Source: Patescibacteria group bacterium (GTDB taxonomy: Bacteria; Patescibacteriota; Minisyncoccia; Moranbacterales; JAKLHP01). From it: a stretch of DNA of 64,000 nucleotides. Below are positions 44,438 through 54,736 of this stretch, piece after piece; position 1 is the first letter of the stretch, and every line of letters starts with the position of its first letter. A program made the position numbers and the translations under genes. Under the pieces are notes generated by a model. That model searched no databases. It was given only the letters and a program-made list of their open reading frames with translations, and had not been told where the DNA came from. Location: NCBI GenBank assembly GCA_043803385.1, contig JAZDKA010000034.1, forward strand, positions 10,561 to 74,560, read 5' to 3'.

Positions 44438-45643
44438 ATGTTCAGTTTTTTTGGCGGTAAAAAAAATTACTCGATAGGAATAGATTTTGGCACGTCAGCC
44501 ATAAAAGTTGTGGAACTTTCCCACAAAAACCAGAAAGCATGCTTGGAAAATTATGGCTGGGTTGATTTGGGCTTAATAAATCCTTCCTCGGTAAATAGGG
44601 TATCGGTTTCTAAGGAGCAAGTATCTTACAATAAAAAACTTCAAAAATATCTTGAAAAATTAATTAAGTCAATGAAACCAAAGTCCGATTCGGCTTATAT
44701 TTCGCTTCCCGGATTCAGCGGACTCCTTACGGTAATAGAATTTCCGGCCATGAGCGAAAGCGAATTAGAAGAAGCAATTAGATTTGAAGCCAGAAAATAT
44801 ATTCCGATGTCTCTTGACGAAGTAGCGCTGGATTGGGAGATAATTAAAAATGAATCCGAATCCGAGAAAGCTCCCGTTAAAAATAATAACACTCTTCCCG
44901 TAAAAGAAGAAACGAAAGAAGAAATAAAAAAAGAGTCATCCTGGAATAAGGACATCGGAAGCTTTATTAAAAAAAAGCCTGAAAATACAAAGAAAAAAAA
45001 TGAAATACTTTTAGTTGCCGCTCCCAAGAACGAAGTGATGAGATGCGGAAATATCGTCAAAGAAGCGGGACTTTCCGTAAAAAATGTAGAGATAGAACTT
45101 TTTTCAATGACCAGGGCTATTATTGGCAATGATCCCGGCTGTTTTCTCATAGTGGACATCGGATCTAGGATAACTAATATGATTCTGGTTGAAAAAGGAA
45201 CAATTAGGGTAAATAGAAATATTGAAGGAGGAGGAAATGAGATAACTAATGTGATAGCCGATAGCCTGAATATATCCAAGCAAAGAGCAGAAGAACTCAA
45301 AAAAGAAAACAAAGACCTTCTTAACAACAAAGAGATGTCATTAATTATTCCCGTAATAGACATGGTTATTAATGAATCAATAAGAATTGTAAACGCCTAT
45401 AAAGAAAAGAAAGGCGGATCTTTTAGAGTGGACGGAATAATTCTTTCGGGGGGTTCCTCAAGGCTTCAGGGAATTGAAAATTATTTTCAGAGTAAAACCG
45501 GAATTCAAACCAGCCTGGGAAATCCTTGGAAGAAAATTTCTTACGATGAGAAACTAAAGCCTTTTGTGGAAAAAATGGGAGCATCATTTTCAGTAGCTTT
45601 GGGATTGGCGGAAAGAGGACTAGAGGAGAGCAATAATAAGTGA
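44438..45643 (+). CDS. pilM: Type IV pilus assembly ATPase-like protein PilM
   Basis: IGIDFGTSAIKVVEL and an actin-like fold, at the head of the pilMNO order. Confidence 0.8.
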   Translation: MFSFFGGKKNYSIGIDFGTSAIKVVELSHKNQKACLENYGWVDLGLINPSSVNRVSVSKEQVSYNKKLQKYLEKLIKSMKPKSDSAYISLPGFSGLLTVIEFPAMSESELEEAIRFEARKYIPMSLDEVALDWEIIKNESESEKAPVKNNNTLPVKEETKEEIKKESSWNKDIGSFIKKKPENTKKKNEILLVAAPKNEVMRCGNIVKEAGLSVKNVEIELFSMTRAIIGNDPGCFLIVDIGSRITNMILVEKGTIRVNRNIEGGGNEITNVIADSLNISKQRAEELKKENKDLLNNKEMSLIIPVIDMVINESIRIVNAYKEKKGGSFRVDGIILSGGSSRLQGIENYFQSKTGIQTSLGNPWKKISYDEKLKPFVEKMGASFSVALGLAERGLEESNNK

Positions 45644-45668
45644 AGTTAAATTTTTTAAATATAAAAAA

Positions 45669-46187
45669 ATGAACAATATAAATCTTTTGGAATCAGCTCA
45701 AAACAAAGATGGCTATAATCAAGATAAAAAAGGGAAAAATAGCGCCTTAGTCACTTCCTCGTTAATTTTAATTCTTACTTTTCTCGTATGGGGAGGCGCG
45801 AAATTTTATTCCTCATACCTCGATAAACAAATAGCCGGATTGCAGTCAGAAAGCCAGGCAGAAAGTGCTAGTTTAAGCGGCAAAAGCGTAGATAGGGTAG
45901 CTGATTTTGATGAGAGAATGAACAGGGCGCTGAAAGAATCTTCTTCAAGAAGCAACTTCGTCAATTGCCTTAAAGATTTGGAAAATGTTGTCGTAAGCGG
46001 AGCCAGGATCGACTTAGTTAACTATTCTAAAGAAAAAACAGAAATGAAAGTAGCGGTGGATAGTTTTCAGACAATTGCAAGACAAATTTTAAGTTTTAAA
46101 AATTCCCAATGCTTTAAAGACTTAGAAATGGGAGAAACTACGCGCGATACAAACGGGAAAATAAGCTTTACTCTAAAAAATAATTAA
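45669..46187 (+). CDS. pilN: PilN-like protein
   Basis: NINLL N-terminal motif, a single TM helix, and its position after pilM. Confidence 0.6.
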   Translation: MNNINLLESAQNKDGYNQDKKGKNSALVTSSLILILTFLVWGGAKFYSSYLDKQIAGLQSESQAESASLSGKSVDRVADFDERMNRALKESSSRSNFVNCLKDLENVVVSGARIDLVNYSKEKTEMKVAVDSFQTIARQILSFKNSQCFKDLEMGETTRDTNGKISFTLKNN

Positions 46188-46260
46188 ATTTTCTAATTTT
46201 ATTACACTTTTCGATCCCGGATGTTTTGAAAAGCAACTGGAATCTAAAAAGGTAAAACAT

Positions 46261-47049
46261 ATGCGCTTAAAAATATTTTTCATGCCTCTTGCCATTCTTG
46301 TCGCCATTGTAATGTCCATTTGGTATATTTGGCCCGTTGCCAAAGAAATTATGGAAAAAAGAGCTAATTTAGGCAAAGTCAAAGAAAACCTGAACTCAAT
46401 ATTAGAAAAAAAACAAAATTTAGAATCGCTCAAAGCTTCCCTGGACAAAAATAAAGACAAGGAAGATTTCATTTTGAATTATCTTCCCGTTTCAAGAAAT
46501 GAAAGCAGGATAGTCAATGGAATAAATTATATAGCAACCAATTCCGGTTTGAGCTTAATTAGTTTGGCAATAAGCGAAGTGAAAGCTCTCGAAAACTCAA
46601 GTAATGTTCCAGTAAATACTTCTCCCGTTTCAGCTGAGCTATTGATTAATGCCGGAAGTTCGGAAATTGGGGAAACACCTCAAAATCCAAAACCAGAAAC
46701 CCGATTTTCCGAAGTAAAGACAGTCGTTTCGGGAAAGTATGAAAGCATAAAGATGTTTCTGGATCAGCTATACAGCATGGAAATGCTTAATAAAATAAGT
46801 ATAATTAATATATCCAAAGGCATAAACGAAGGCGAAAACCAATCAGGAAGCGATATTTTGGTCGCAACTATAAATATTGAATTTGGCTATATGCCGGCGG
46901 TTCATGAAGAAAATGGAAGTTCTTTGCCAGTTTTTGCTAAAAATAACTTTGATTTTAGCGCATATTCAAAACTAAATGAATCAATAAAGAAAATAGTGCC
47001 CGTTCTCGATGAAGGACAAAAGGGAAAGAGCAATCCATTTATGCCGTAA
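46261..47049 (+). CDS. pilO: PilO-like protein
   Basis: N-terminal TM helix, coiled coil, and its position in the cluster. Confidence 0.5.
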   Translation: MRLKIFFMPLAILVAIVMSIWYIWPVAKEIMEKRANLGKVKENLNSILEKKQNLESLKASLDKNKDKEDFILNYLPVSRNESRIVNGINYIATNSGLSLISLAISEVKALENSSNVPVNTSPVSAELLINAGSSEIGETPQNPKPETRFSEVKTVVSGKYESIKMFLDQLYSMEMLNKISIINISKGINEGENQSGSDILVATINIEFGYMPAVHEENGSSLPVFAKNNFDFSAYSKLNESIKKIVPVLDEGQKGKSNPFMP

Positions 47050-47072
47050 ATGTTCTAAAATTTAGTTAAGTT

Positions 47073-48740
47073 ATGAAGGATAGCAAAAGCAAAATGAAAG
47101 ATCCGGAGGAAGTTAAACTGACAGAAAGGTCCAAGGAATTGGGAGTTCCTTATGTATATAAAATTCCATCTAAAATTGATAAAAAAGTTCTTTTTATAAT
47201 CCCCGAAAACTTAGCCGAAAAGCATCAGATGGCTGCTTTTAGCAGGGAAGAAGATATTATCAAAGTAGCGATGGTCAATATCAATAATATCGAAGCTCTT
47301 AACGTTCTGAGATTTTTGACTAGGAAAGAAGGATTGCAAATGGAAATTTATCTTGCTAATCTTAATGGGATTCAAGAAGCTCTCAAACAGTACAGTACTC
47401 CCGAAAGAATTACGGCAGAAGCAGCCAGATCCCTTGAAGCTGAAGAAAAAGAGTTTAAAAAAACAAAGGTGACCGGTGGGGAAAAAATAAAAGAAATACT
47501 TCAAGATGCTCCGGTTGCTAAACTGGTTGAGGTAATTATAAAGCATGCCATCGAAGGGAGAGCTAGCGATATTCACATTGAGCCTGTAGATGAAAAGTAC
47601 AGAGTAAGATTCAGAGTGGATGGCATATTGCATTCTTCGCTTGATATGCCAAAAGAAGTGGGGAAAGCGGTTGTTTCAAGAATAAAAATACTTTCCAATC
47701 TCAAAATAGACGAGCAAAGAAAACCGCAGGATGGAAGATTTCAAATACGGGACAACGGGAAAATAACCGATTTCAGAATTTCCACCTTACCGGTTGTCGA
47801 AGGAGAAAAAACGGTAATGCGCGTTTTGGATAGAAGCAACCAGCTGTTTGACTTGAAATCTTTGGGGCTTTTAGGAAGAAATTATGAAATTTTTGAAAGA
47901 AGAATAAAAGATCCTTACGGAATAATTTTAATTACTGGTCCAACCGGGTCCGGAAAATCAACAACTCTATATGGTTTTTTGAAAATTCTTAACCAGGAAG
48001 AAAGAAACATAGTAACGCTTGAAGATCCAGTCGAATATTACATTGGGGGAATAAATCAAAGCCAAATAAAGCCAGAAATAGGATATACTTTTGCCAATGG
48101 ACTCCGGTCTATCCTACGCCAGGACCCCAATGTTATAATGGTGGGAGAAATAAGAGATAACGAGACCGCGGAACTTTCCATCCACTCGGCTCTTACGGGG
48201 CATCTTGTTTTCTCAACGCTTCACACTAACAATGCCGTTGGCGCAATTCCAAGGCTTATTGATATGGGAGTAGAATCGTTTCTTTTGGCGTCATCACTTC
48301 GAGTAGTTGCTGCCCAGCGTTTAGTCAGGAGAATTTGCGAGAATTGCAAGGAAGAAGTTGAAATACCGGAAGAAGTATCCAATGAGGTAAAAAATGAACT
48401 TTCCGGCATATCAGAGGAAGAACTAAAAAAATATGAAATTGATTTATCAAAAAAACTAACATTTTATAGGGGAAAAGGATGTGAAGAATGCGGAAATCTT
48501 GGATTCAAGGGCAGAATGGCCATATACGAGGTGATAGAAGTAAACGACAAGATACAAGAACTGATAGTGAGCGGAAAAGGAAGTGATTTGGAAATAAAAG
48601 AACAAGTGAAGAAGGACGGAGTAATCACCATGAGGCAAGATGGAATCCTAAAAGTTCTCAAGGGAATCATTGATATGTCTGAAATAGAAAGGGTCACCAA
48701 GGGAAGCATGAGTATAGGAGGAGAATTGGAAGACGCATAA
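47073..48740 (+). CDS. pilB: Type IV pilus extension ATPase PilB (GspE family)
   Basis: T2SE N-terminal domain. Walker A GPTGSGKST. Asp box, His box, and a tetra-Cys motif (CENC...CEEC). Confidence 0.9.
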   Translation: MKDSKSKMKDPEEVKLTERSKELGVPYVYKIPSKIDKKVLFIIPENLAEKHQMAAFSREEDIIKVAMVNINNIEALNVLRFLTRKEGLQMEIYLANLNGIQEALKQYSTPERITAEAARSLEAEEKEFKKTKVTGGEKIKEILQDAPVAKLVEVIIKHAIEGRASDIHIEPVDEKYRVRFRVDGILHSSLDMPKEVGKAVVSRIKILSNLKIDEQRKPQDGRFQIRDNGKITDFRISTLPVVEGEKTVMRVLDRSNQLFDLKSLGLLGRNYEIFERRIKDPYGIILITGPTGSGKSTTLYGFLKILNQEERNIVTLEDPVEYYIGGINQSQIKPEIGYTFANGLRSILRQDPNVIMVGEIRDNETAELSIHSALTGHLVFSTLHTNNAVGAIPRLIDMGVESFLLASSLRVVAAQRLVRRICENCKEEVEIPEEVSNEVKNELSGISEEELKKYEIDLSKKLTFYRGKGCEECGNLGFKGRMAIYEVIEVNDKIQELIVSGKGSDLEIKEQVKKDGVITMRQDGILKVLKGIIDMSEIERVTKGSMSIGGELEDA

Positions 48741-48831
48741 GTTTGACATTTGACAACTGACAATTGGCACAAAAACTATTAATAATTGGTCAATAGTTAA
48801 TTGTCAATAGTTAATTGTTAAATAAATTTTT

Positions 48832-49206
48832 ATGGACAAAAAAACAATATTATTAGTGGAGGATGATTCTTTTGTTTCTGACATTTACCAGACAAAAATA
48901 AGCGCTGAAGGGTTTGATATTGTATTGGCAGAAAATGGATTGGAGGCAATGAAAAAACTGGAGGAAAAAGTTCCTGATTTGATTCTCCTGGACATAGTAA
49001 TGCCCTATATGGACGGGATAGAGGTTTTAAAAAAGATTAAAGCAGAGGAAAAATTGAAAAAAATCCCCGTAATTTTGCTTACAAATTTGTCAGAAAAGGA
49101 AAAGATAGAAGAAGCGCTAGAAATGGGAGCTGATGATTATTTAATTAAATCCCACTTCACTCCTTCGGAAGTGATAGAAAAAGTGAAGATGGTATTAAAA
49201 AATTAA
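48832..49206 (+). CDS. Stand-alone CheY-like response regulator receiver
   Basis: ILLVEDD, the phospho-acceptor Asp in LILLDIVMP, and a conserved Lys. Confidence 0.8.
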   Translation: MDKKTILLVEDDSFVSDIYQTKISAEGFDIVLAENGLEAMKKLEEKVPDLILLDIVMPYMDGIEVLKKIKAEEKLKKIPVILLTNLSEKEKIEEALEMGADDYLIKSHFTPSEVIEKVKMVLKN

Positions 49207-49333
49207 AAGTTAAAAGTGCAAAGTTAAAAGTTTAGGTGTTGCTTCGCGACAAATTATTTTATCATAATAAATACGTCCCGCTTGCGGGACACTATAATTT
49301 TGAACTTTGAATTTTGCATTTTGAATTATTATT

Positions 49334-50410
49334 ATGCTTCATTCAGAACAAAGGTTAAAAAGCTTGCTAAGAACAGTGGCCCAGCAAAATGGTTCTGATT
49401 TGCATTTGGTCGTGGGCCGTTATCCTACCATGAGGCTGGACGGAAAGCTTTATCCACTATCCCAGGAAAGCGTGCTTACCCCAGAAGATACTCAATCGCT
49501 AAGTGACTCAATGCTTTCCGAAGATAAAAAGAAGAAATTGATTGAAGAAGGACAGGTAGATTTTTCCTATAACTTTGAAGATAAAGCCAGATTTAGAACT
49601 AACGTATTCTTTCAGAAAGGATATATAAGCGTGGCCATGAGGCTTATCCCTGATAAAATAAGAACACTCGAGGAACTTAATATGCCTGTTGCTCTTTATG
49701 ACCTGTTGAATTTTTCACATGGACTTATCTTGATAACAGGGCCGGTGGGCCATGGAAAATCAACAACTTTGGCAGCGATGATTGATTACATCAACCACAA
49801 CCAGGAGAAAAACGTTATTACGATTGAAGATCCTATTGAATATGTGTACGTGCAAGACCGTTCAATAATAAACCAGAGAGAAGTCGGACAAGACACAAAA
49901 TCATTCCATAACGCACTCAAAGCAGTTTTTCGCGAGGATGCTAACGTGGTTTTAATTGGTGAAATGAGGGATTTGGATACCATTGGAACCGCAATGACGG
50001 CAGCGGAAACAGGGCATTTAATATTAGGAACACTTCACACTAATGACAGTTCCCAGACAATTGACAGGATTATTGATGTTTTTCCCGCCCATCAGCAAAA
50101 CCAGATACGTTACCAGCTTTCCAATGTTCTCCTGGGGGTAGTTTCCCAAAGGCTTATCCCGCAAATTGGAGGAGGGAGAACGCCGGCAGTGGAAATTATG
50201 TTCAAGAATCATGCTGTTGAAAATCTGATACGAGAAAACAAATCTTATCAGATTGACAATGTCATAGAAACATCGCTCAAGGAAGGAATGATATCTCTTG
50301 ATAAGTCTCTGGTTGATTTAGTGCATAGGGGAATTATTACCGCCGAAGACGCGTTTGTTTACGCGAAAAACAAAGATTATTTCCAAGTTTTAATGAATAA
50401 AAATAGCTAA
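49334..50410 (+). CDS. pilT: Twitching motility (retraction) ATPase PilT
   Basis: GLILITGPVGHGKSTT, IEDPIEY and AHLILGTLHTN. Confidence 0.9.
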   Translation: MLHSEQRLKSLLRTVAQQNGSDLHLVVGRYPTMRLDGKLYPLSQESVLTPEDTQSLSDSMLSEDKKKKLIEEGQVDFSYNFEDKARFRTNVFFQKGYISVAMRLIPDKIRTLEELNMPVALYDLLNFSHGLILITGPVGHGKSTTLAAMIDYINHNQEKNVITIEDPIEYVYVQDRSIINQREVGQDTKSFHNALKAVFREDANVVLIGEMRDLDTIGTAMTAAETGHLILGTLHTNDSSQTIDRIIDVFPAHQQNQIRYQLSNVLLGVVSQRLIPQIGGGRTPAVEIMFKNHAVENLIRENKSYQIDNVIETSLKEGMISLDKSLVDLVHRGIITAEDAFVYAKNKDYFQVLMNKNS

Positions 50411-50476
50411 TGCAGGACATTTACCCTGTATTTATCATGTGGTTACCCTGTTAAATAAAAATTTTAAATTAATTGT

Positions 50477-51688
50477 ATGAACTTTCTATTCACCGCCAGG
50501 GATCAATTTGGCAAAACTAGAGAAGGGGAAGTCGAAGCAATCAGCAAAGAAGTTGCTATTCAAACTGTTCAAAAGAACGGGCTGATCCCCATATCAATAA
50601 CCGAAAAAGAAAAAACGCCTCCCTTTATAAAGGATTTAAAAAGGATTTGGGAGGGTATAAGCCTCAAGGAAATGGTTATTTTTTTCCGCCAACTTTCAAC
50701 CTTGATAGATTCAAAAGTTCCAATTGTGCCGGCCCTCGAAGCCTTGCGTGAACAAGCGGAAAACCAATTTTTAGGATTAGTTATAAAAGAAATGGAAGAA
50801 GATATTAAAGACGGAATGTCCTTGTCTGAAAGCATGGAAAAACATCCAACAGTTTTCAGCAAACTTACCGTGAATATGATAAGGTCGGGAGAAATGTCCG
50901 GAAATCTCCAAAAATCGATCACTTATATTGCCGATAATATAGAAAAAAATTACCAGCTAACTTCTAAAATAAAAGGCGCCCTTTTTTATCCTGCTTTCGT
51001 CATAGGGGCAGCAACAATAATAGGATTTATAGTCATCACTTTTGTTCTTCCTAAGCTAACCGGAGTCATCAGGGAAATGGAGTTAGCAGTGCCCTGGTAC
51101 ACAAAGGTTTTGATGGTTACAGGAGATTTTATGAACAAGTACTGGTGGGCAGTTCTCATTGCTATAATGGGGGCTGTTGGAGGTGCTTTGTATTATATAA
51201 AAACAGAGGAAGGAAAAAAAGAATGGGATCAGATAAAATTAAAACTGCCTGTTTTTGGCAAGTTCTTCCGGGCTGTTTATGTCGCAAGATTTGCGGACAA
51301 TTTTTCGGTTTTGATAGACGGAGGAATTCCGATAGTAAACGCTCTTCAGGAAGTGGCGGGAGTGGTGGGAAACAGCGTTTTTCAAAATATAATTTTAAAA
51401 TCGGCGGATGAAGTCAAGAAAGGAGGCAATATGAGCGAGGTTTTTATGCGTTCTCCGGAAATACCGCCGATTGTTTCCAAAATGATGAAAATTGGCGAAG
51501 AAACCGGAAGAATAAGTGAAGTTTTGCGGAAGACAGCGTCATTTTATGAACAAGAAGTTGAAGTGATGACCAGAAACATTTCTACAATGATCGAACCTAT
51601 TTTGATTTCAATTCTGGGAATCGGCGTTGCCATAATGGTTTTTGCCGTCCTAATGCCGATTTACGATATTGCGAATAAAATCCAGTAG
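50477..51688 (+). CDS. pilC: Type IV pilus platform protein PilC (GspF family)
   Basis: Two T2SSF repeats and three TM segments. Confidence 0.85.
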   Translation: MNFLFTARDQFGKTREGEVEAISKEVAIQTVQKNGLIPISITEKEKTPPFIKDLKRIWEGISLKEMVIFFRQLSTLIDSKVPIVPALEALREQAENQFLGLVIKEMEEDIKDGMSLSESMEKHPTVFSKLTVNMIRSGEMSGNLQKSITYIADNIEKNYQLTSKIKGALFYPAFVIGAATIIGFIVITFVLPKLTGVIREMELAVPWYTKVLMVTGDFMNKYWWAVLIAIMGAVGGALYYIKTEEGKKEWDQIKLKLPVFGKFFRAVYVARFADNFSVLIDGGIPIVNALQEVAGVVGNSVFQNIILKSADEVKKGGNMSEVFMRSPEIPPIVSKMMKIGEETGRISEVLRKTASFYEQEVEVMTRNISTMIEPILISILGIGVAIMVFAVLMPIYDIANKIQ

Positions 51689-51780
51689 GAAGAATGATAT
51701 TATATCTGAAGATTTAGTAGTATAGTAAAAGCAAAGTAGTTTGAATAATAAAAAAATAAAATATAGAACGGAGGTGAACT

Positions 51781-52218
51781 ATGGCTAAAAAGAAAAAAAC
51801 AAACAAAAAGAAAAGAGGCTTTACTCTGATCGAACTTTTGATAGTTATTGCCATTATTGGAATTCTAGCAAGCATCGTCGTAGTTAATTTAAATAATGCC
51901 AGAGTTAAGGCCAGAAAAGCTTCTGCTGTGTCATCTCTTTCAAGTGTCATGGGCGAACTTTCCATATGCGATAACGATGAAGGGGAAGCTACTGCTTCAG
52001 CTCCAAGTGGAGGAATAACAAATATTTGCTGCACTGATGATACTTGCGATACGCCTGCAGATGGACATAGTATAATCTGGCCCAATATATCAACTACCGG
52101 ATTTACTTATGATACTCCAGCAGGATCTGTTTCTGGCGGAGATTATGTCTTTACGGCTACAAACAGTACGACTAGCGTGACTATAACCTGCAGTTTCTCG
52201 AGCAAGAGTTGCCAATAG
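51781..52218 (+). CDS. Type IV pilin (prepilin, class III signal peptide)
   Basis: [25 protein letters not shown], with a Cys-containing C-terminal domain. Confidence 0.8.
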   Translation: MAKKKKTNKKKRGFTLIELLIVIAIIGILASIVVVNLNNARVKARKASAVSSLSSVMGELSICDNDEGEATASAPSGGITNICCTDDTCDTPADGHSIIWPNISTTGFTYDTPAGSVSGGDYVFTATNSTTSVTITCSFSSKSCQ

Positions 52219-52285
52219 AAATTAGCTATGTGGTATAATATAAATTGATTGAATATAAATATAAAAAATAGAAAGGCGGTGAAAT

Positions 52286-52672
52286 ATGAAAAAGAAAAAA
52301 AACAAAAAGAAAAAAGGATTTACTCTTATCGAGTTGTTAATAGTTATCGCCATTATCGGAATTTTGGCATCGATTGTGTTGGTGAGTTTGGGTAATGCTA
52401 GAACAAAGTCTTTGGCGGCTGGGTTTAAAGCGTCTTCTACGAGCTTAAGGCCAGCTCTTATTGTGGCTTGCGATGGGGTGGTTGGCAGTATAGCATCAAG
52501 CACTATAAATCCTCCAGCGGAGCTTTCTCTTCCTGGTACTATAACATGTAATGATGGTACATGGACTGCGTTTGCCGTAACTCCTACTGCCGGTCAAAAA
52601 TATGCCGGACTGGCTTGTTCAGCAACTATCTCCGTAGAAAGTGCAGTGTTTAGTGGTGCAGACTGTTTATAA
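52286..52672 (+). CDS. Type IV pilin, paralog 2
   Basis: [35 protein letters not shown]. Preceded by tgtggtataat at 52239-52249. Confidence 0.8.
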   Translation: MKKKKNKKKKGFTLIELLIVIAIIGILASIVLVSLGNARTKSLAAGFKASSTSLRPALIVACDGVVGSIASSTINPPAELSLPGTITCNDGTWTAFAVTPTAGQKYAGLACSATISVESAVFSGADCL

Positions 52673-52785
52673 ATGGCAAACGATTTTTTGTATCCATTAA
52701 TATTCTGGTAATTTTTAACTTGATGAGGTTTCCGCAATACCCATTTTTTTGGGATTACGGAGCAAAGTAGAAAGCGAGGTGAAAT

Positions 52786-53196
52786 ATGAAAAAGAAAAAA
52801 AACAAAAAGAAAAAAGGATTTACTCTTATCGAACTTTTGATTGTTATTGCGATCATCGGAATTTTAGCAAGTATTGTGCTGGTAAGTTTGAATAGTGCGA
52901 GAACCAAAGCCAGAGCGGCTTCTTGGAAAGCAACCGTTGCTAGTGTTCAAAAATCGGCGATTGCTTGCTGTGCTAGTGGAAATACTATTAATGGATATTC
53001 GGATGGGGGAGTAATGTGTACTGGATCTACTTCGGTGTGGCCGGCGGCAGCGAATGTTGGTACGGGTATCACTATATCAAACTGTTCGAATGCTAATCCC
53101 GCATTTACAATCAGTATTAGCACTCCTCCGACTCTTGCGACTGGATGCACGAGTGCTAGTTGTACTATTACTAATTGCGCATTTGTGGGGTGTTAG
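52786..53196 (+). CDS. Type IV pilin, paralog 3
   Basis: N-terminal 31 aa identical to paralog 2. Divergent Cys-rich C-terminal domain. Confidence 0.8.
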   Translation: MKKKKNKKKKGFTLIELLIVIAIIGILASIVLVSLNSARTKARAASWKATVASVQKSAIACCASGNTINGYSDGGVMCTGSTSVWPAAANVGTGITISNCSNANPAFTISISTPPTLATGCTSASCTITNCAFVGC

Positions 53197-53204
53197 CAAT
53201 CTCC

Positions 53205-53224
53205 ATCGAGGTTCGACCTCGATA
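53205..53224. repeat. REP-like palindrome (atcgaggttcgacctcgata)
   Basis: Same element as the four copies around the RAYT gene at 56.6-57.4 kb. Confidence 0.7.
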
Positions 53225-53250
53225 TCTATCGATAGCTATAAAATTTTCAA

Positions 53251-53281
53251 AAGAGCGGGTTTTTCCCGCTCTTTTGTTTTT
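53251..53281 (+). terminator. Rho-independent terminator after the pilin genes
   Basis: aagagcgggtttttcccgctctt followed by ttgttttt. Confidence 0.6.
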
Positions 53282-53336
53282 GGCGGTTTTGTGGTAATAT
53301 TTAAATGCAAATTATCTTTTAAAACAAACACAAAAT

Positions 53337-54140
53337 ATGATTATAACAATCTTTTTTATTCTCGGCCTTATTATCGGAAGTTTTCTGAACGTTGTGGTTT
53401 ATCGTCTGAATGTGGCAGAAACGCTTTTGGGCCGTTCGCATTGCCCGCATTGCCAAAAGCAAATCCGCTGGTACGACAATATTCCGCTTCTAAGCTTTAT
53501 TTTGTTAAGAATGAAATGCCGGGATTGCCAGAAGAAAATTTCCTGGCAGTATCCACTGGTTGAATTTTTTACCGGTGTAATTTTTGCCCTCGTTGGAAAT
53601 TATTTTTTCTTTGTTATGGATCCGCAAAGCTGGATAACCGCCTTTTATCATTTAGTCCTATTCGCGCTATTATTGGTTATATTCGTATATGACTGGAAGT
53701 TTATGGAAATCCCGATGATTATTTTTTGGATAACTCTGGGAATTTCTATTTTATATGCCCTTTTTTCCGATTGGGTTAATTTCGTTCCCGATTTTGGAAT
53801 TTGGAATCTTTCAATATTTTCCGGCTTAATTGGCGCCGCGATCGCGTTTCTGTTCTTTTTTATCCTCGTTGCCGTTTCCAAGGAAAAATGGATGGGAATG
53901 GGAGACGCATACTTGGCGTTTCTCGCCGGTTTCGTAGTTGGCTATCCCAAGGTTCTCTTTACCTTGGTTTTAGCCTTCTTTATCGGTTCAGTTTGCAGTA
54001 TAATATTGTTAGCGCTCAAGAAGAAAACGATGAAAAGCCAAATTCCATTCGCGCCGTTTTTGGTAAGCGCGGTTATTCTGGTAATTTTATTGCCTGAAAT
54101 ATTTCCGGCGTTAAATTATTATTATCTATTATTTTATTAA
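53337..54140 (+). CDS. pilD: Prepilin peptidase PilD (A24 family)
   Basis: N-terminal CPHC...CRDC zinc motif and the polytopic A24 core. Confidence 0.85.
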   Translation: MIITIFFILGLIIGSFLNVVVYRLNVAETLLGRSHCPHCQKQIRWYDNIPLLSFILLRMKCRDCQKKISWQYPLVEFFTGVIFALVGNYFFFVMDPQSWITAFYHLVLFALLLVIFVYDWKFMEIPMIIFWITLGISILYALFSDWVNFVPDFGIWNLSIFSGLIGAAIAFLFFFILVAVSKEKWMGMGDAYLAFLAGFVVGYPKVLFTLVLAFFIGSVCSIILLALKKKTMKSQIPFAPFLVSAVILVILLPEIFPALNYYYLLFY

Positions 54141-54203
54141 CGAGTTCACGGGTTAACGAGTTTATTGAATAAATACTCAACCCGTTAACTCTTTAGCTCG
54201 TTA

Positions 54204-54695
54204 ATGATTAATGAATTAATGAAAAAGAAAAAGGCTTTTTCTATAATTGAGGTGCTGATCGTTATTGCCATAATCGGAATAATGACTGCCGCCACGATTG
54301 TTTCTCTGCAAAGCGGAAAAACGGACAAAGAATTGGAGACTGCCGCGCGGGAAGTTTCTGCCGCAATCCGCGAAGCGCAAAACAACGCGTTGACGGGGAA
54401 AAATGCCAGTTCTAGTTGTCAGTATTATGACTTTACTTATACCGCAAGCAGCACAAATTATTCAGTAGGAACCGTTAGCGGGTCAGGGTGTCCACTGGCG
54501 AGCTATACTCTAAAAAACGGAGTAACTTTTGTAAACGGAGGAAGTTTTAATTTTTCTATTCCATTTGGGGGAGTGACTGGAATAAGTGGAATAAAAATAA
54601 CGAAAAATAATGTTTGTTATTGCGTATCTATAAATTCTTCCGGTTCGGTTGAAGAAAGAGGAAAACTTTCTACTTGTAGCGCTTCTTGCTCATGA
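54204..54695 (+). CDS. Minor pilin / pseudopilin
   Basis: [23 protein letters not shown] prepilin N-terminus. Confidence 0.65.
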   Translation: MINELMKKKKAFSIIEVLIVIAIIGIMTAATIVSLQSGKTDKELETAAREVSAAIREAQNNALTGKNASSSCQYYDFTYTASSTNYSVGTVSGSGCPLASYTLKNGVTFVNGGSFNFSIPFGGVTGISGIKITKNNVCYCVSINSSGSVEERGKLSTCSASCS

Positions 54696-54736
54696 TTTTA
54701 GGATTTCAAAGTTGATTTTTATGTTTTTCAATTATT

